Assembly (NCBI GenBank): GCA_020891255.1
Contig: BQFW01000012.1
Location: 2,294,001 to 2,358,000, forward strand
Reading direction: 5' to 3'
DNA: 64,000 nt
DNA from: Entomortierella parvispora E1425
Lineage: Eukaryota > Fungi > Mortierellomycota
A program made the position numbers and the translations under genes. The notes under the pieces were generated by a model. The model was not told where the DNA came from. It searched no databases and worked only from the letters and a program-made list of their open reading frames with translations. This document shows, piece by piece, positions 14,329 to 26,073 of the stretch (its first letter is position 1; each line of letters starts with the position of its first letter).

Positions 14329-14956
14329 GATGCAGATGATGAAAGGAAGGGAGAGTTAGGAGGGAGGGAGGACTGATGGAAGCAGACAAGGAGGAGAAGG
14401 AAAGAAGAAAGCGGAAAAAGAAGAAAGGAACGGGAGGCAGGCGGGTCGGGCTGGAATGGATGGATGGATGGATGAATGGACGGATGGATGGAGTCGATGG
14501 CGTGATGCAGCAAATGGGTCTTTGCGGACGTGCAGGCAGACAGACAGACAGACAGACAGACGGAAGGGGGAACAGGCACCGCACCGCTGCTGGGCTGCCT
14601 TGATGCCTCTTTTTTGCACAGGCTGAGAGCCGGGGAGATCATCAAAAAGGCGAGCTCCGTGAACGAGCCTTTCTTTTCTCTTGCTCGCTCTGCTTCCCTC
14701 TCTTCTCTCCCTTTCTCGTTCTCTCTTTCTCGACAGACGGACTGACGGACTGACGGGCCAACTGACTGACCTCCACGCTCATCCTTCCTCTCTGTGTCTG
14801 TCATCGCCTCCTTCCTCCTTCTCTCTCATTCTCGTCACAACAGCCCATCCCTTGTGGCGCACCTCATATGTGCTCCTTCTTCTTTTTCTTCTTTTTCTCG
14901 TCTCATACATGAGCACAGCTGTTGTTTAATGGGCTTGTGGAACTAAGAAGCCCAAG

Positions 14957-14994
14957 TCCATGCCTTGATTCAGACTCCATGCCTTGATTCAGAC
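14957..14994. repeat. Perfect 19-bp tandem duplication TCCATGCCTTGATTCAGAC x2 upstream of the Ral gene
   Basis: Read directly at 14957-14975 and 14976-14994. Confidence 0.95.
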
Positions 14995-15534
14995 CCTCGC
15001 AAGGTGTGGATTACCCCCTATCACGGGGAGAACCCTGCGCTAGGTCCATTGACTTGCCGACCATTGTGCAGGCCATGGTCTCTGCTTGTCATTTTCAATC
15101 TAATGGCTGTCATTAGCTCATCTAGATTAGCTGTTCTCTCAAATCGAAAAAGTCCAGACTCCATCCTGCTGCTCTCTCTTTGCTGAAGAGAAATCCCGGT
15201 CGATGAGAGGACACGAATGATGTTCACAAAAAATAAAAAATAACGCCACCAATTCATTAATCGTCGCGCGAACTTTCTTTGGAGCGGAGGGTTGGTCACC
15301 AAGGGTCCTCCAGCGGGCCACATGGAGCAATCAGAAAGAATAGAAAGTCACAAGAGGGTCTTACAGGACGAATATTGAATTGGATGCTTTCCTGTCCTGC
15401 GCTTGACTAACGCCAGAAATGTTGACAACATTGAAGCATTGAAAGCGCACCTGGACACTCTCCTCCCACGCCAATTGGTAACGACCATGAGTTGTGTCTA
15501 TCAAAAAGGGATATATATTGACTGGCAACTATCG

Positions 15535-17564
15535 TCAAAGACTGTCGTCCGAGATCTGTCGCTCCAAAAGCTCATGTCGGATGTTGAACGCCTCATTGAT
15601 GATCTAAGAGGAATGTAGAATAAAAAACATTAGGGTCGACCGTTCATTCCCAAAGAGAAGAGTGGCGTCAAAGCCAACATCGACTGGTTCTTACCTGGTC
15701 CATATCCAGGAGCGGTAACCGCATTAACGTCGTTCTGATCTCGGACTGCTCTAGGTCTTCAAAGCCTTCCTTCAAATGCTTCAAAACTGCCAAACAAAAA
15801 AACGGGTGCAGATCAACCCAGCCTCCATTGGGGATCGCAAAATAGGTGTCCCACAGTCGCATTGTGTTTTCCAGAGGCAATTCGCGTGAGAGCAAAAACT
15901 GGAGTGCCGATGCGGCCCATTCCTTGATGTCAACCTCTTCCTCTTCAAAATAGCTGTACAAGTCTGGGATGCAAGTGTGGAACAACGTCATGAACTTTGC
16001 GACCGATTCGTTGATGCTCTCCGCGCTCTGGTGATCCGCTATAGTTCAAAAATAGAGAAATAATGGAAAAATAGGTCAACATCGAGTTCAGAATCTCCCA
16101 TGAATGCTCCAATTGATAATAGACACACTTACCAAGAACGGTCATGATCCTCTCGAAACAGAGGTATGCTTCGCATTCGCGCTTGATCGAGTATACGAAA
16201 GGAGCACACAAACTCACCATCCCGGGATAGTACTCAACCTCATGGTTCTGATTACAGTACGCGCTGATGACTTCCTCGAACAATCTTGGGATATCTCGAC
16301 TAGACTCGATTGAAGTCTTGCGCAAATACCGTGACACCTCCCCTCTGACCTTTTTAGCAGACTCGTTGGGCTCCTTGTCTAGCATTTCATACTCTTGGGA
16401 TCGCTGCTTTTGAGTTGAAACCTCCTTTGCCCGGTTTGCGTCCTGGATGCCAAGAAGATACAACCATACCTCCTATATGACCAATAGTAGACAAAAAAAA
16501 AAGGAAGGGTTAGACTGAAGTCGAAGAAAAAGACGACAACGCACATGAGAAAAACGGGGTGATGACGCTCGGTGACAGGTTGCGCGCAGCCAAAGATAAG
16601 AAAAAATAGCCTTTGTGAAAGGGGGGAGAGCAAGAGCAAGTTGTTACGCCTCGAGATGACGAAAGGAGCAAAATGAGGCTTGCGCAATGGCGAGATCCTC
16701 AGGGCTTGTCAGGATGCCCAAAATACACTTCCATGTCTGTTACACAGCCTTTTTACAAGAGAGGGACCGGGAATGCGCAAGAAGGGAGGGGGCGTCAAAG
16801 AAGGGCAAGCCGACCCTCCCTGAGTTTTTTGTCGCGCTGGGAGTGGTTTTTGTCTGGTGTTTCTTCTGTGATGTGGTGGTGGTATGGCGGTGGTATGGCG
16901 GTGTATCGCGGCGGTTTGTCCAAGTCGATATCATCCGGACGCAGATCTGAAACCCCGACCAACCACGCCGAAAGGGAACTCCGGGTCCAAGATCCGTCTA
17001 ATCTTTCCTGCAAGATGTGATGTGACCAGACGAATGAAATCTTCCCCTTTGGACCTATCCCCTGCCTCTCCCTCTCCTCGGTACACCCAAAGAAAAAGGA
17101 GCGCCAGCCAGAGCAAAGCTGTTGGAATCAAATGAGCTTACCCCACGCACTTGACGAGGCACTCCGTGGCGGGCATATTCTCGCAGCTTGGCTACCTCCA
17201 CCCAAACTTCAGCATTCAGGACATCCTCGTATTCTTCAACGGTAATAGCTCCCTCTTGGTCCTGACGGTATTGACGCCTGTTGCTGTTACTATCGGACCC
17301 AGATCCTGATCCGGATCCAGAGTGGTGATGGTGGTGAAGTTGAAAGTGTTGGTGGTGATAGCTTGTGGTAGGAGAGGACGAAGTGGAAGAATTGGGCGAA
17401 GACACCAAAGTTTGGGCAGGATCAATGATGTTACTGCTGTGGATCGGACTGGTGTGATAGTGGCGACTGGTTTGGGGATGATGGCCACCTTGTTGCTGAT
17501 GAGGAGGAAGCTGGTGTTGCTGAACAGTGGCGAGATAGGGGCCTTGCATTGCTGAGAGAAGCAT
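15535..17564 (-). CDS. TBC (Rab-GAP-like) domain protein with a His/Gln/Ser-rich N-terminus; 4 exons (17564-17142, 16472-16133, 16038-15695, 15603-15535)
   Basis: Motifs LREYARHGVPRQVRG|EVWLYLLG, VRGEVSR, YYPGMVSLCAPF, IPDLYSYFEEEEV and LLSRELPLENTMRLWDTYF are typical of the TBC fold. Splice sites are GT-AG and in frame. The start is uncertain (ATG at 17564 or 17549). Confidence 0.85.
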
Positions 17565-17943
17565 GTCCTGGAAAGTTGAACAGGCTTTCGGGAGGTGGAT
17601 GGGTATCAGGAGCAAAAATAAAGAAACAAAAAAAAATGTGGGCTGACAGAAATTCTAGCTGTCAAACAAAAAAAAAGAGCCGGAACTATTCGAGGCAGAC
17701 GAAGGGTAAAGAATAAAAACAAGGGTGGCTGGTGAATGCATGGGCGAGGGTTCAAGTCAAGGAGAGAATAAAAATAAAAGGTAATGGAGGGTAAAGGAGA
17801 ACAAGATGCAAAGCGGAAGGGATGAAGCGGAATGTGCAGAAGTCTGACAAGGAAAAAAAAAAACTCCCGGAGGCACGTGACGTGTGAAAAACATCGTTTA
17901 TTTTTGGCACGTTTGGACGGTCGAGTCGCGTTCTGCGTTCTCA

Positions 17944-20280
17944 CTAGCGCTGCAAGGACGTGCCAAGGCCAATATACTCGAACATGATTGGGATACTGTC
18001 AACTGCAAGCCAACCAATACCTATCGGTAACACAAATCAGAATATTGAGCCAACTCAAGTTAGAAGAAGCGCACCATTGCACAAAACGTGCCTGGCCTCG
18101 ATGTCCTTCTCCTCTCAAACATTCAATTGCTTAGTTTCTTACCTGCATAGACAACGGTCTTGATCACAATGTCTACATCGAACCGTGCCCATCCCGGATG
18201 CTCAGCCTCAAACTTCTCCAATGCCGCCCTTTCACATTCATCAAGCTCCTTATTCTCCGAGCGGATCTCGTCATCCAGATTCTCAAGGTTCGTAAGAGAA
18301 GGTTTGCCTGTGGATCCATCTTGCAGCTGTTGCTGCTGCAGTTTGGCCTTGGCTGAATGGCTAGGGCGAAGAACAAAGTGCTCTCTCTTCTCAACACCGA
18401 CGTTCTCAGGCTCATCCAGCACGCCAGATCTATTCGATGACCTTGTTTGCGAGAACTGCTCGTGAATATCCATTGTTGATTGCGTTCCAACAATCTCAAT
18501 TGAGGAATCCGATAGGGCCTGTAGATCCATGACGGACGGGACTCGGCCGATAGGTTGACGTCTCAGATTTCCATAAGTCTTTGCTGGAACGAAATGAGTT
18601 CGAGAAGGAAAGTTGAAGTAGCTGTAGAGAGGAGGGAGGACAATGTAGAGCAGCTTTTTGGCTGCAAGGCGCCAGGTAAAGACTACAGCCAGTCCAAAGA
18701 CAAATCGTAGAATTGACCTTGGTAAGCCCAACGCAGGATCGTAAGAGACAATGCCTGCGTGGCCTGCCGCTGTAATCGAGTACTTGGATTGCGCAAAGTG
18801 CTGACTGGCCGGAAATACACCCATGAGAACAGCCATGGTGGTCACACTAGAATAAAAAAAAGGAAAAAAAAACCCCTCACATCGATGTCAGTCATTTGTT
18901 CATCTTGGCTCCTGAAAGATCCCTATCCCGCCGTTACCCATCATCTACACATGGGCAGCTATCCATGGTTTCGGGAATACTCTGGATGAGAACAATGCCT
19001 CCGAGGACGACCGTAAAAACCACTAATATAGAGAGGTTAAGAGTTTAAAGGTTTACCCATGGGAATGATGTTCATGATCATGATCATGGTCAAAGTCAAG
19101 TAAAAGATGCAGCGCCGCAATAGGTACCTGTCCAACTAGATCGGGTCATCAACTCATCAATTGAGTCATGGAATGCCCACTGAACTGCCCAGACAACGAT
19201 GCCAATAACCGTTCCACCAAAGATGTCGGTCTGGGTATGCATGCCGCAATAGAGTCGTCCAAAGATGATGCTGAAAAGGTAGATGATCAAGCCAATGATA
19301 GACAATATCTTGGCTTGGATTGACCAGTCCGAAATAAGCAAGTAGGAGAGGAGGTAAAGTGCAATAGAGGTTGCATTACTGGTATGTGTTGACGGGAAGC
19401 CATACTCCAAATGGACTACGTGGTGGACACGCGGCTGTTAGCTCGTGTCGTTCTTGGAACAAAACCAGCTTGGTATTGCTACCCTCTTCCCTACCTCGCT
19501 TGGATCTTGAGAGTCGGACCAATGGCGGGGAAAGAGGTCGAGGGAGGCAGAGATAGTCTTTAACCCAGGATGTGACGAAGACACCCATGCAGGCGACATT
19601 GACGAAGCCTCTAGCAAATACCGAATGGCCATACCAAAACATAATCGGGAGAATACATACAAAGAATAGTGGGTGGCCAGCAAATGCCGTGAGAGTAAAG
19701 TAGCTATCTAAAAGAGGAGTTCTCCATCGGGCCTGCATGAGTCCGAGCAAGAGGTGAGAATGGAAACAGCAGAAAAAGGGTTGCCAGGAACCAAGAGAAA
19801 AAGAAGGTCAGTGGGCGATTCCTCTACTGCCGATTTGAGGGTATACATATACATCTAATGCATCTACACCGGTCAACAGGATGAGAGGAAGGGAAAGGAG
19901 GGGAGGGTGAGGGAAAGAGATAGAGAATTGGCAGTGTAGTGCCTCGGCAAGCTGAAGGCGCGAAGCGGCAAGACCGTTGCTCGTGCTTTGCATTGGCAAT
20001 TCTCCTGGACGGGCTCCAATTGGAGGCGACGAGGCGGAGAAGAGTCCCTGATAACCGCCGTGCTTAAATTGTAACATGTGCCACGAACCTGGAGTGCAGC
20101 CAGGAACTGGGTCTCGCTTCGTACCCAGGGCAGCATTCTGCGGCGAATGGCGTGCCGGAGGAGGCTCATGCGCTGAGAGTAGAAGCTGTCAGAGTAGATG
20201 CCAGCATCTCTGTCGTCTGCTCCGTTTACGACAATGAAGGTGGATTCCTTTGACGAGAAGTCACTTGGACGATCGGCCAT
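17944..20280 (-). CDS. LCB3: Sphingoid long-chain-base-1-phosphate phosphatase (PAP2 superfamily, LCB3/YSR3/SGPP-like); 6 exons
   Basis: All three PAP2 motifs are present: KDYLCLPRP, EYGFPSTH and GRLYCGMHTQTD, plus CPCVDD and C-terminal VYAG|IGWLAV. Exons are 20280-20089, 19732-19495, 19415-19128, 19022-18938, 18846-18143 and 18020-17944, all GT-AG. Confidence 0.92.
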
Positions 20281-21221
20281 GTGCGGTTAGATGAGACGGA
20301 GGGGAATGAGAGAAGAGGAACAGGGTATCAAGGGGAAAAGAGGAGATGAATGAGCGAATGACGAAGGAAAGAAAAGGAAGGGAGAGAACAGAGAACAAGA
20401 GGGAACAAGAGAGGAGGGAGAGGCAAGAGCAGGCGCTGTGGATTCAAGGGAACCAAGGTCGAGCAGCAGACAATGTGGACTGGGCAGGGGGAAATTGCCT
20501 CCGTGGTTTGTGCGGGATAAAATAAAATACGTATTAGTCGTGGTTTCTCTTCCTTTCTTTCTTCTGCCCCTCATCCATTCCTTCTGATTTTAGTCCCTGC
20601 GCTGGACCCATTGACCCCTCACTGTGCTCCCTTCTCTCTCTTTTCCTTTTGGCTGTCCCTGCATGTTCTCTTCTCGATCCTCCTGCCTGGCCGCACTCTC
20701 TCTCGCCGTTGCTGGCTCCGCGGTGGCCTATTCACAGAGGGACGCGATCCGCTCCTGCTTCTCCCAGGCTCCCTCAGGTAATTCTTTGCCGAGAGATTCT
20801 CAATCCCCTGGTGATCCCCCTCTCTTTCGCGCCATGCCGTCTTGGCTGTCCCTTCCTCTTCGACCATTACCATTCCTGCTCAACCCCTAGCAATTCATCA
20901 TGAGTATATCCCGCTTCATTCTCGATCCCTGAGGCTAGTTGTGTGTGGACTCCTCCGATGAATGCTCCTTTCGCAGATCAAAGCGGTGCCGGCTGTGGTT
21001 CGCAACAGCAGCTTTTAATAATTTCCTTTCGTGGATGCCCCTGTTCCACGTCTCCGATCGATCTCTTGAGGAGTTCGTCACCCCACACGTCAACGGCGCG
21101 TGGCACTGGCCCGTGGAAGGGACAAGGCTGAGGGCCATAAAAAAAACGAACCTGTGAGCGCTTTGCTCAATTCAAGTTTTTCAACTCTTCTTCTCATTCC
21201 GCCTTGTCTCTTCAAACTACC

Positions 21222-22760
21222 ATGTCTTCAGACAAGACTAGCAGACCCGACCACCATGAACGGGACGGCAAGGGTTTTGTAAACCCCTGGCCCAGTTTTC
21301 ACAACCATGGCTTCTCAAGTGTAATCAAGATGGTGTTTGAATTCGACCGCAAAAAGGCAAAGCCCTCGGACCCAAATGGACTGCCCAAGATCCTGCCCAT
21401 CAATAAGGATGACTTGACATTGTTTTCGCAGCCAAAGAAAGAGACGGATGGAACGGATGGACGACATGCCAAGGTGACAAGCACCTGGCTTGGACAGTAC
21501 GTCGATGCATTGCTGCAACTTCTTGCAAGGAATGAATGCATGTCTTCTCTTTGCCACCAAAAATGACGGAGTTTTTTTTTTTTTTTTTTGGCTTGTCGTT
21601 TGAAAACTGATGCGATTCTCGTGCCTCCTTTAATGTACTTCTAGCGCTTGCTTCTTGGTGCAAGTTGAGGGCGTGAACATCTTGTTTGACCCTGTGTTCT
21701 CAGAGAGATGCAGTCCTAGTCAATTGGCTGGACCCAAGAGAATCACACCCCCACCTTGTAAACTGGATGAGCTTCCCCGAGTAGATATCGTCGTCATCAG
21801 TCATAACCATTACGACCATCTGGACTTGACCACAATCAAGAACTTGCAGAAGGACCACCAACCCTATTTCTATGTGCCTCTCGGAAACAAGGCCTGGTTT
21901 GACTCCATTGGTATCAAGGACAAGGTCACCGAGTGCGATTGGTAAGATGAGCTTTCATAAAACTTGTCGGGTTTATTTTTGAGCAATGCAGGCTGACGAC
22001 CTCTTCTTTTTTCTTCAGGTGGGATTCACATGACCTCTCGTTCCATGATGACAAGACAGGAGTCAAGGTCGTTTGTACGCCTTGTCAGCATTTCACAGGG
22101 CGATCTCTCACAGATCGATACAAGACTCTTTGGGCGTCCTGGGTGATTGAGACGATTCCAAAGAATGTGTCTGAGAAACCTATCAAGGTCTTCTTTGGAG
22201 GGTAAGGAGAAATTACCGACACTTTCAATATGAACAGGAACTATGTTGCAGAGAGCAATTCACCAACGCCTTGCGACCGATCTCCTTCATTTAGAGATAC
22301 CGGATACCGCTACGTTCCCAATGGGCGTGATGAGGATGACATGCCACATTGCCCCGCGTTCAAGGAAATTGGAGAAAGGATCGGACCATTTGATTTCTCC
22401 ATGATTCCTATTGGCGCTTACAGTCCTAGATGGTTCATGTCGCCTATCCATTGCTCTCCTGAAGACGCCGTTCGTGTTCACGAGGATATCAAATCCAAGC
22501 GTAGTGTCGGCATGCACTGGGGAACGGTAAGAGAGTTGAACGTTTTCTCGCTCTTCTTGATTGTTATCTTCTGCGGAAATTAATCTTTCTGTGTACTCTT
22601 TCATTTTCCAAAGTGGGTGCTGACGGACGAAGATGTGACAGAGCCTCCTCGTCGCCTGGAAGCCGCGATGAAGAAGCGAGGCCATGATCCCAAAATCTTC
22701 GATGTGATGCAAATCGGAGAGACCTTGACAGTGGATGTGCAGGAGCAGGGCAAGCTTTAG
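21222..22760 (+). CDS. NAPEPLD: NAPE-PLD/Fmp30-like metallo-beta-lactamase-fold hydrolase; 5 exons (21222-21496, 21645-21941, 22019-22201, 22295-22526, 22614-22760)
   Basis: Motifs [39 protein letters not shown] (HxHxDH metal site), [32 protein letters not shown] and GMHWGTW. Splices are GT-AG and in frame. Confidence 0.92.
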
Positions 22761-23592
22761 AGAACTCAAAAAAAAAAAAAAAAAAAAAAAAAAAAGGTGA
22801 AATAGGGGAAGTCTGGAGCGAGAAGAACGATTCGGTGAGATTCCCTCTCCTTGAAACGGAGGGACATTTTTACATATTGGATCTTGTAAGAGATACAGAA
22901 GAACGTAGAGCACTTGTACTTCAGTTGGATGGTGGCCATGGTCTTGGATATGTGGCTCTGGCGTAATCGAAATATAAAACAGGCAGACCCGAAATGACTC
23001 CCAAAAATAAAACGGGACAACAATGTTGACAAGAACTTGACCAGATGGATCGTTTTTCCTTTTTGTTTGTGCAACCGTTTGGATGAAATTGACCTTTTTC
23101 AAATTTTACAAAGGACAAACAATAATAACAATTAAAAAGATACCTTGGAGGTTACCGGGAGTCCACCTGATAATCTAGAAGTTTTTGTTTCCGCTGTTGA
23201 TCTTCGGAGAAACAGCAGATACACGTAGACGACACCTCAGCTTGCCGAATATGAAACAAAGGTGGATGTGCAACATGGACGACAGGAGACAATTTGAACA
23301 GACGGGGAAAATTTGTCCCAAGGGATCAGAAAAAGGGATGCAGTGGGAGACAGAGTTTCGACAGGGAGGTGAGACAAGGAGGACCACCTGGACTGTGCAT
23401 GGTGGGCATCCTCGAGGAGATATGGAAAATGTCCGGACAAAGCGACCTCTGTGCTTGATCAAATTTGGGCTGAAAAAAGGTTTTTGGTTTATTTACATGT
23501 ATCTGGAGACCGGTAAGAAGTATGTACAAGAAGGGAGTTACAGGATCAGATGGATTGAGCAGCAATTGACAAAAGATGGTACCCTCTGCCTT

Positions 23593-24741
23593 CTAATCCA
23601 CGAATTGCAAGCTGCGAGGAAGGCGAGCAGAACAACAAACGGACAAAGAACAGCTCGTAGTGGGTGCAGAAGAACTGCCATCATCGGCCATGTTCATCGT
23701 GCCGTGCGTCTCCGTCGCCGACTCCATCTCTGTGTCTTCACTTCCGCTCGTACCGCTTTTCGCGTTCTCTTCCTCGGCAGCGGCGGCAGCAGCAGCAGCA
23801 GCTTTGGCCAATCGTCTGGCCTTCTTGGCCTTGGCCTTTGGGTTCGAAGCGATCAAGGCAGCAGCGGCAGCGGCTTTCTCTTGTGCCAAAGCCAATGCCA
23901 TCGCTTGGGCCTCTTCCTCTGTTTTTTGAAGCGTCTTGACGAACGAGGCCGGCATGGGCTCAATCTGATGCCAATCGGGACCCCAAATCAAGGCCGAAAG
24001 AACCAAACACCGATTTCCCTCTGCGTCCTTCTGGAACGTGACCACGGATGAGGGTGGTGGGGGTGGGAGTGAAGATGGATAAGAAGATGACCAGGCAGAA
24101 GAGGCAGAAGAGAGGTAAGGGGAGGGTGGGTTGGATGATGTGGAAGAGTAAATGTCTGACATTTCTTCATCCTCACTCTCGTAGCTCCCCGCGGTCTCTG
24201 TCATCGATGAGTGGGAGGAGAGGGATCTGGAAAAACTTGAAGAACGCGAACGCGATTCGGGTGTGGAAGACTGGGATGCAGTTGAAGAAACGATGGGCAC
24301 TAGGGTTGGGGACAAGGTCGGGGGAGGCAAGGTCTTGTTCCTCCGCCCAGAGACTTGAGTCTCCTTCATTGCCCAGGTCCAGTAGTCCTCATATTCATGA
24401 TCCGATCCTACACAGGATGGTGAGGACGACCAGGATGAAGAGGAAAGGGTTCTTGATGGCAAGAGCAATGGTGAGCTGGCCGCAGAACCGTAGCTGAACT
24501 CGGAATGGCAGGCGGACGAGGACGAGGACCAAGATGAAACATCGTGCTGTTGCTGTTGTCTTTGCAGCTGCTCTGCTTGCATCTGGAGGTAGTAGTACGC
24601 ATCGGCGCACATCTGTGTATGGTATATGAAAGATTGAAAAGACGACAGTAGTGTGAGTGAGTGAGAGGACATGGAGGTTTGGCGCAATATCATGTCACTG
24701 TTGCATACGTTGTAGTTGTGGCAGGAGTAGATCGCATCCAT
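23593..24741 (-). CDS. Hypothetical Ser/Ala-rich low-complexity protein, 382 aa, single exon
   Basis: Long ATG-initiated ORF with a pyrimidine-rich 5' flank on the minus strand. It has one ordered-looking segment (VVTFQKDAEGNRCLVLSALIWGPDWHQIEPMP) and no recognised domain. Confidence 0.65.
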   Translation of the reverse strand: MDAIYSCHNYNVCNSDMILRQTSMSSHSLTLLSSFQSFIYHTQMCADAYYYLQMQAEQLQRQQQQHDVSSWSSSSSACHSEFSYGSAASSPLLLPSRTLSSSSWSSSPSCVGSDHEYEDYWTWAMKETQVSGRRNKTLPPPTLSPTLVPIVSSTASQSSTPESRSRSSSFSRSLSSHSSMTETAGSYESEDEEMSDIYSSTSSNPPSPYLSSASSAWSSSYPSSLPPPPPSSVVTFQKDAEGNRCLVLSALIWGPDWHQIEPMPASFVKTLQKTEEEAQAMALALAQEKAAAAAALIASNPKAKAKKARRLAKAAAAAAAAAEEENAKSGTSGSEDTEMESATETHGTMNMADDGSSSAPTTSCSLSVCCSARLPRSLQFVD

Positions 24742-26073
24742 GATGGGTATCGATTTGTTTGTTAAAGGATTGAGCAGAGAGGAAAGTATGAATGAAGGAT
24801 GTGGGGCTGAGTGAGCAAGAGTGTGAGGGGGATGTGGAAAGACAAGAAGAAAGAGAAGGAGAAAAGGAAAAAAAAAAAAAGAAAGAGTTACCCCCGAACC
24901 TGGCCTTTAAATTGCAACCAAACAAAAGGGCCTGTCAAAGCGAGTACCTTGGCGGTGACATGGTCGGTCCCGAGTCAACTTTCCGTCAGATATTTTTTTT
25001 TGACAACCTCGACTCTACGTGCGCCCATTGGCCCAATCTTTCAAATTCGCCTCTTTTGACACATCAACCTACCTTTTGACACTTTCGAGAAGGAGGGCAG
25101 GTTGAGAGCCCTGTCCAAGGGGGAGGAGGAGGGCCCCGGGCTGGTCCATTCCTCTCTTCCTCTCTCTTCTTTTTGATTTTGACAACCTTTTGTTTCTCCG
25201 TCTGGTCCTCGTGTTCTGCTGACTCCCTCTCAGTGCAGCTGAGCTGGGCAATTAGGCAGTTTCGGTGGTTATCGGTAGCCTTGCAGGTACCCCTCCCAGA
25301 TATCGCCCACGCCATTTTTTTCTTGTTCGTTTGTTGAAGGCCGTCAGGAAAAAAGAGGCACCCTGACGCCCGCACTGTCCCTTGTTGCAGGTCTTCGTTG
25401 ATATTGCTTATTGTCACTTCAATTGTGCTTCCTGTCACTCGTCCTCAAATAAAATGAAATGCTACTACATCCAATGATCGTCCTTTTGTTACATTGCGTC
25501 AAGTTGGGTGCGGTTTATTCCTTGCACACGGGTTTTATTACGTCGAGAAGGGACTCCTTGCGCCATGTTTTATATTTCGGAAAAGACGCCATATCCATTG
25601 ATCCAAGCCAATCGAACGGGTTACCTCATTCAGCGGAACATAACAACAACATCAACTGCCGCGTGCAGGTGAGCTCGTCTAGACTCTAGAGAGTTGTTCC
25701 TCTTTTACCCTACCCGCAGCGTTGATGAGAGCATGTGTAGAATTCCATGCCATGCAATTATCCATCCGTCTGATAGAATGGCCCCTCTTCTTCGCTCAAG
25801 TGGTAGGTTCTTGACGCCAACAACACCTTTGTATAGTGCACTTCGTCGCGATCCTTCTGCCCTGACAAAAAAACGAAACTGTGACTGAAAGCAAAGGTAG
25901 AGTTTACCCACAAAAGCTGATTCTTTGAGTGACCACTTTAAAGCAGGAGCAACACACAAAGGAAGTCGAGGGTGGCAGAGTGACAGGAAACACATTCACT
26001 CCAGGAAGGGGATCTCCTGCTGTCATCCGAGGCGGTTTTTTTGTACCAAGGAAATCCATTTTTTTTTTATTCT

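Noticed and set aside
22768-22796. Long A-run right after the NAPE-PLD stop, suggesting a retrocopy
   Set aside because: The gene has four introns, and homopolymer runs are common throughout the window.
23185-24051. 288-aa plus-strand ORF
   Set aside because: It is an antisense shadow of the low-complexity minus-strand gene and reads as a non-protein-like sequence. The same applies to 32739-33446, 39877-40803 and similar ORFs.
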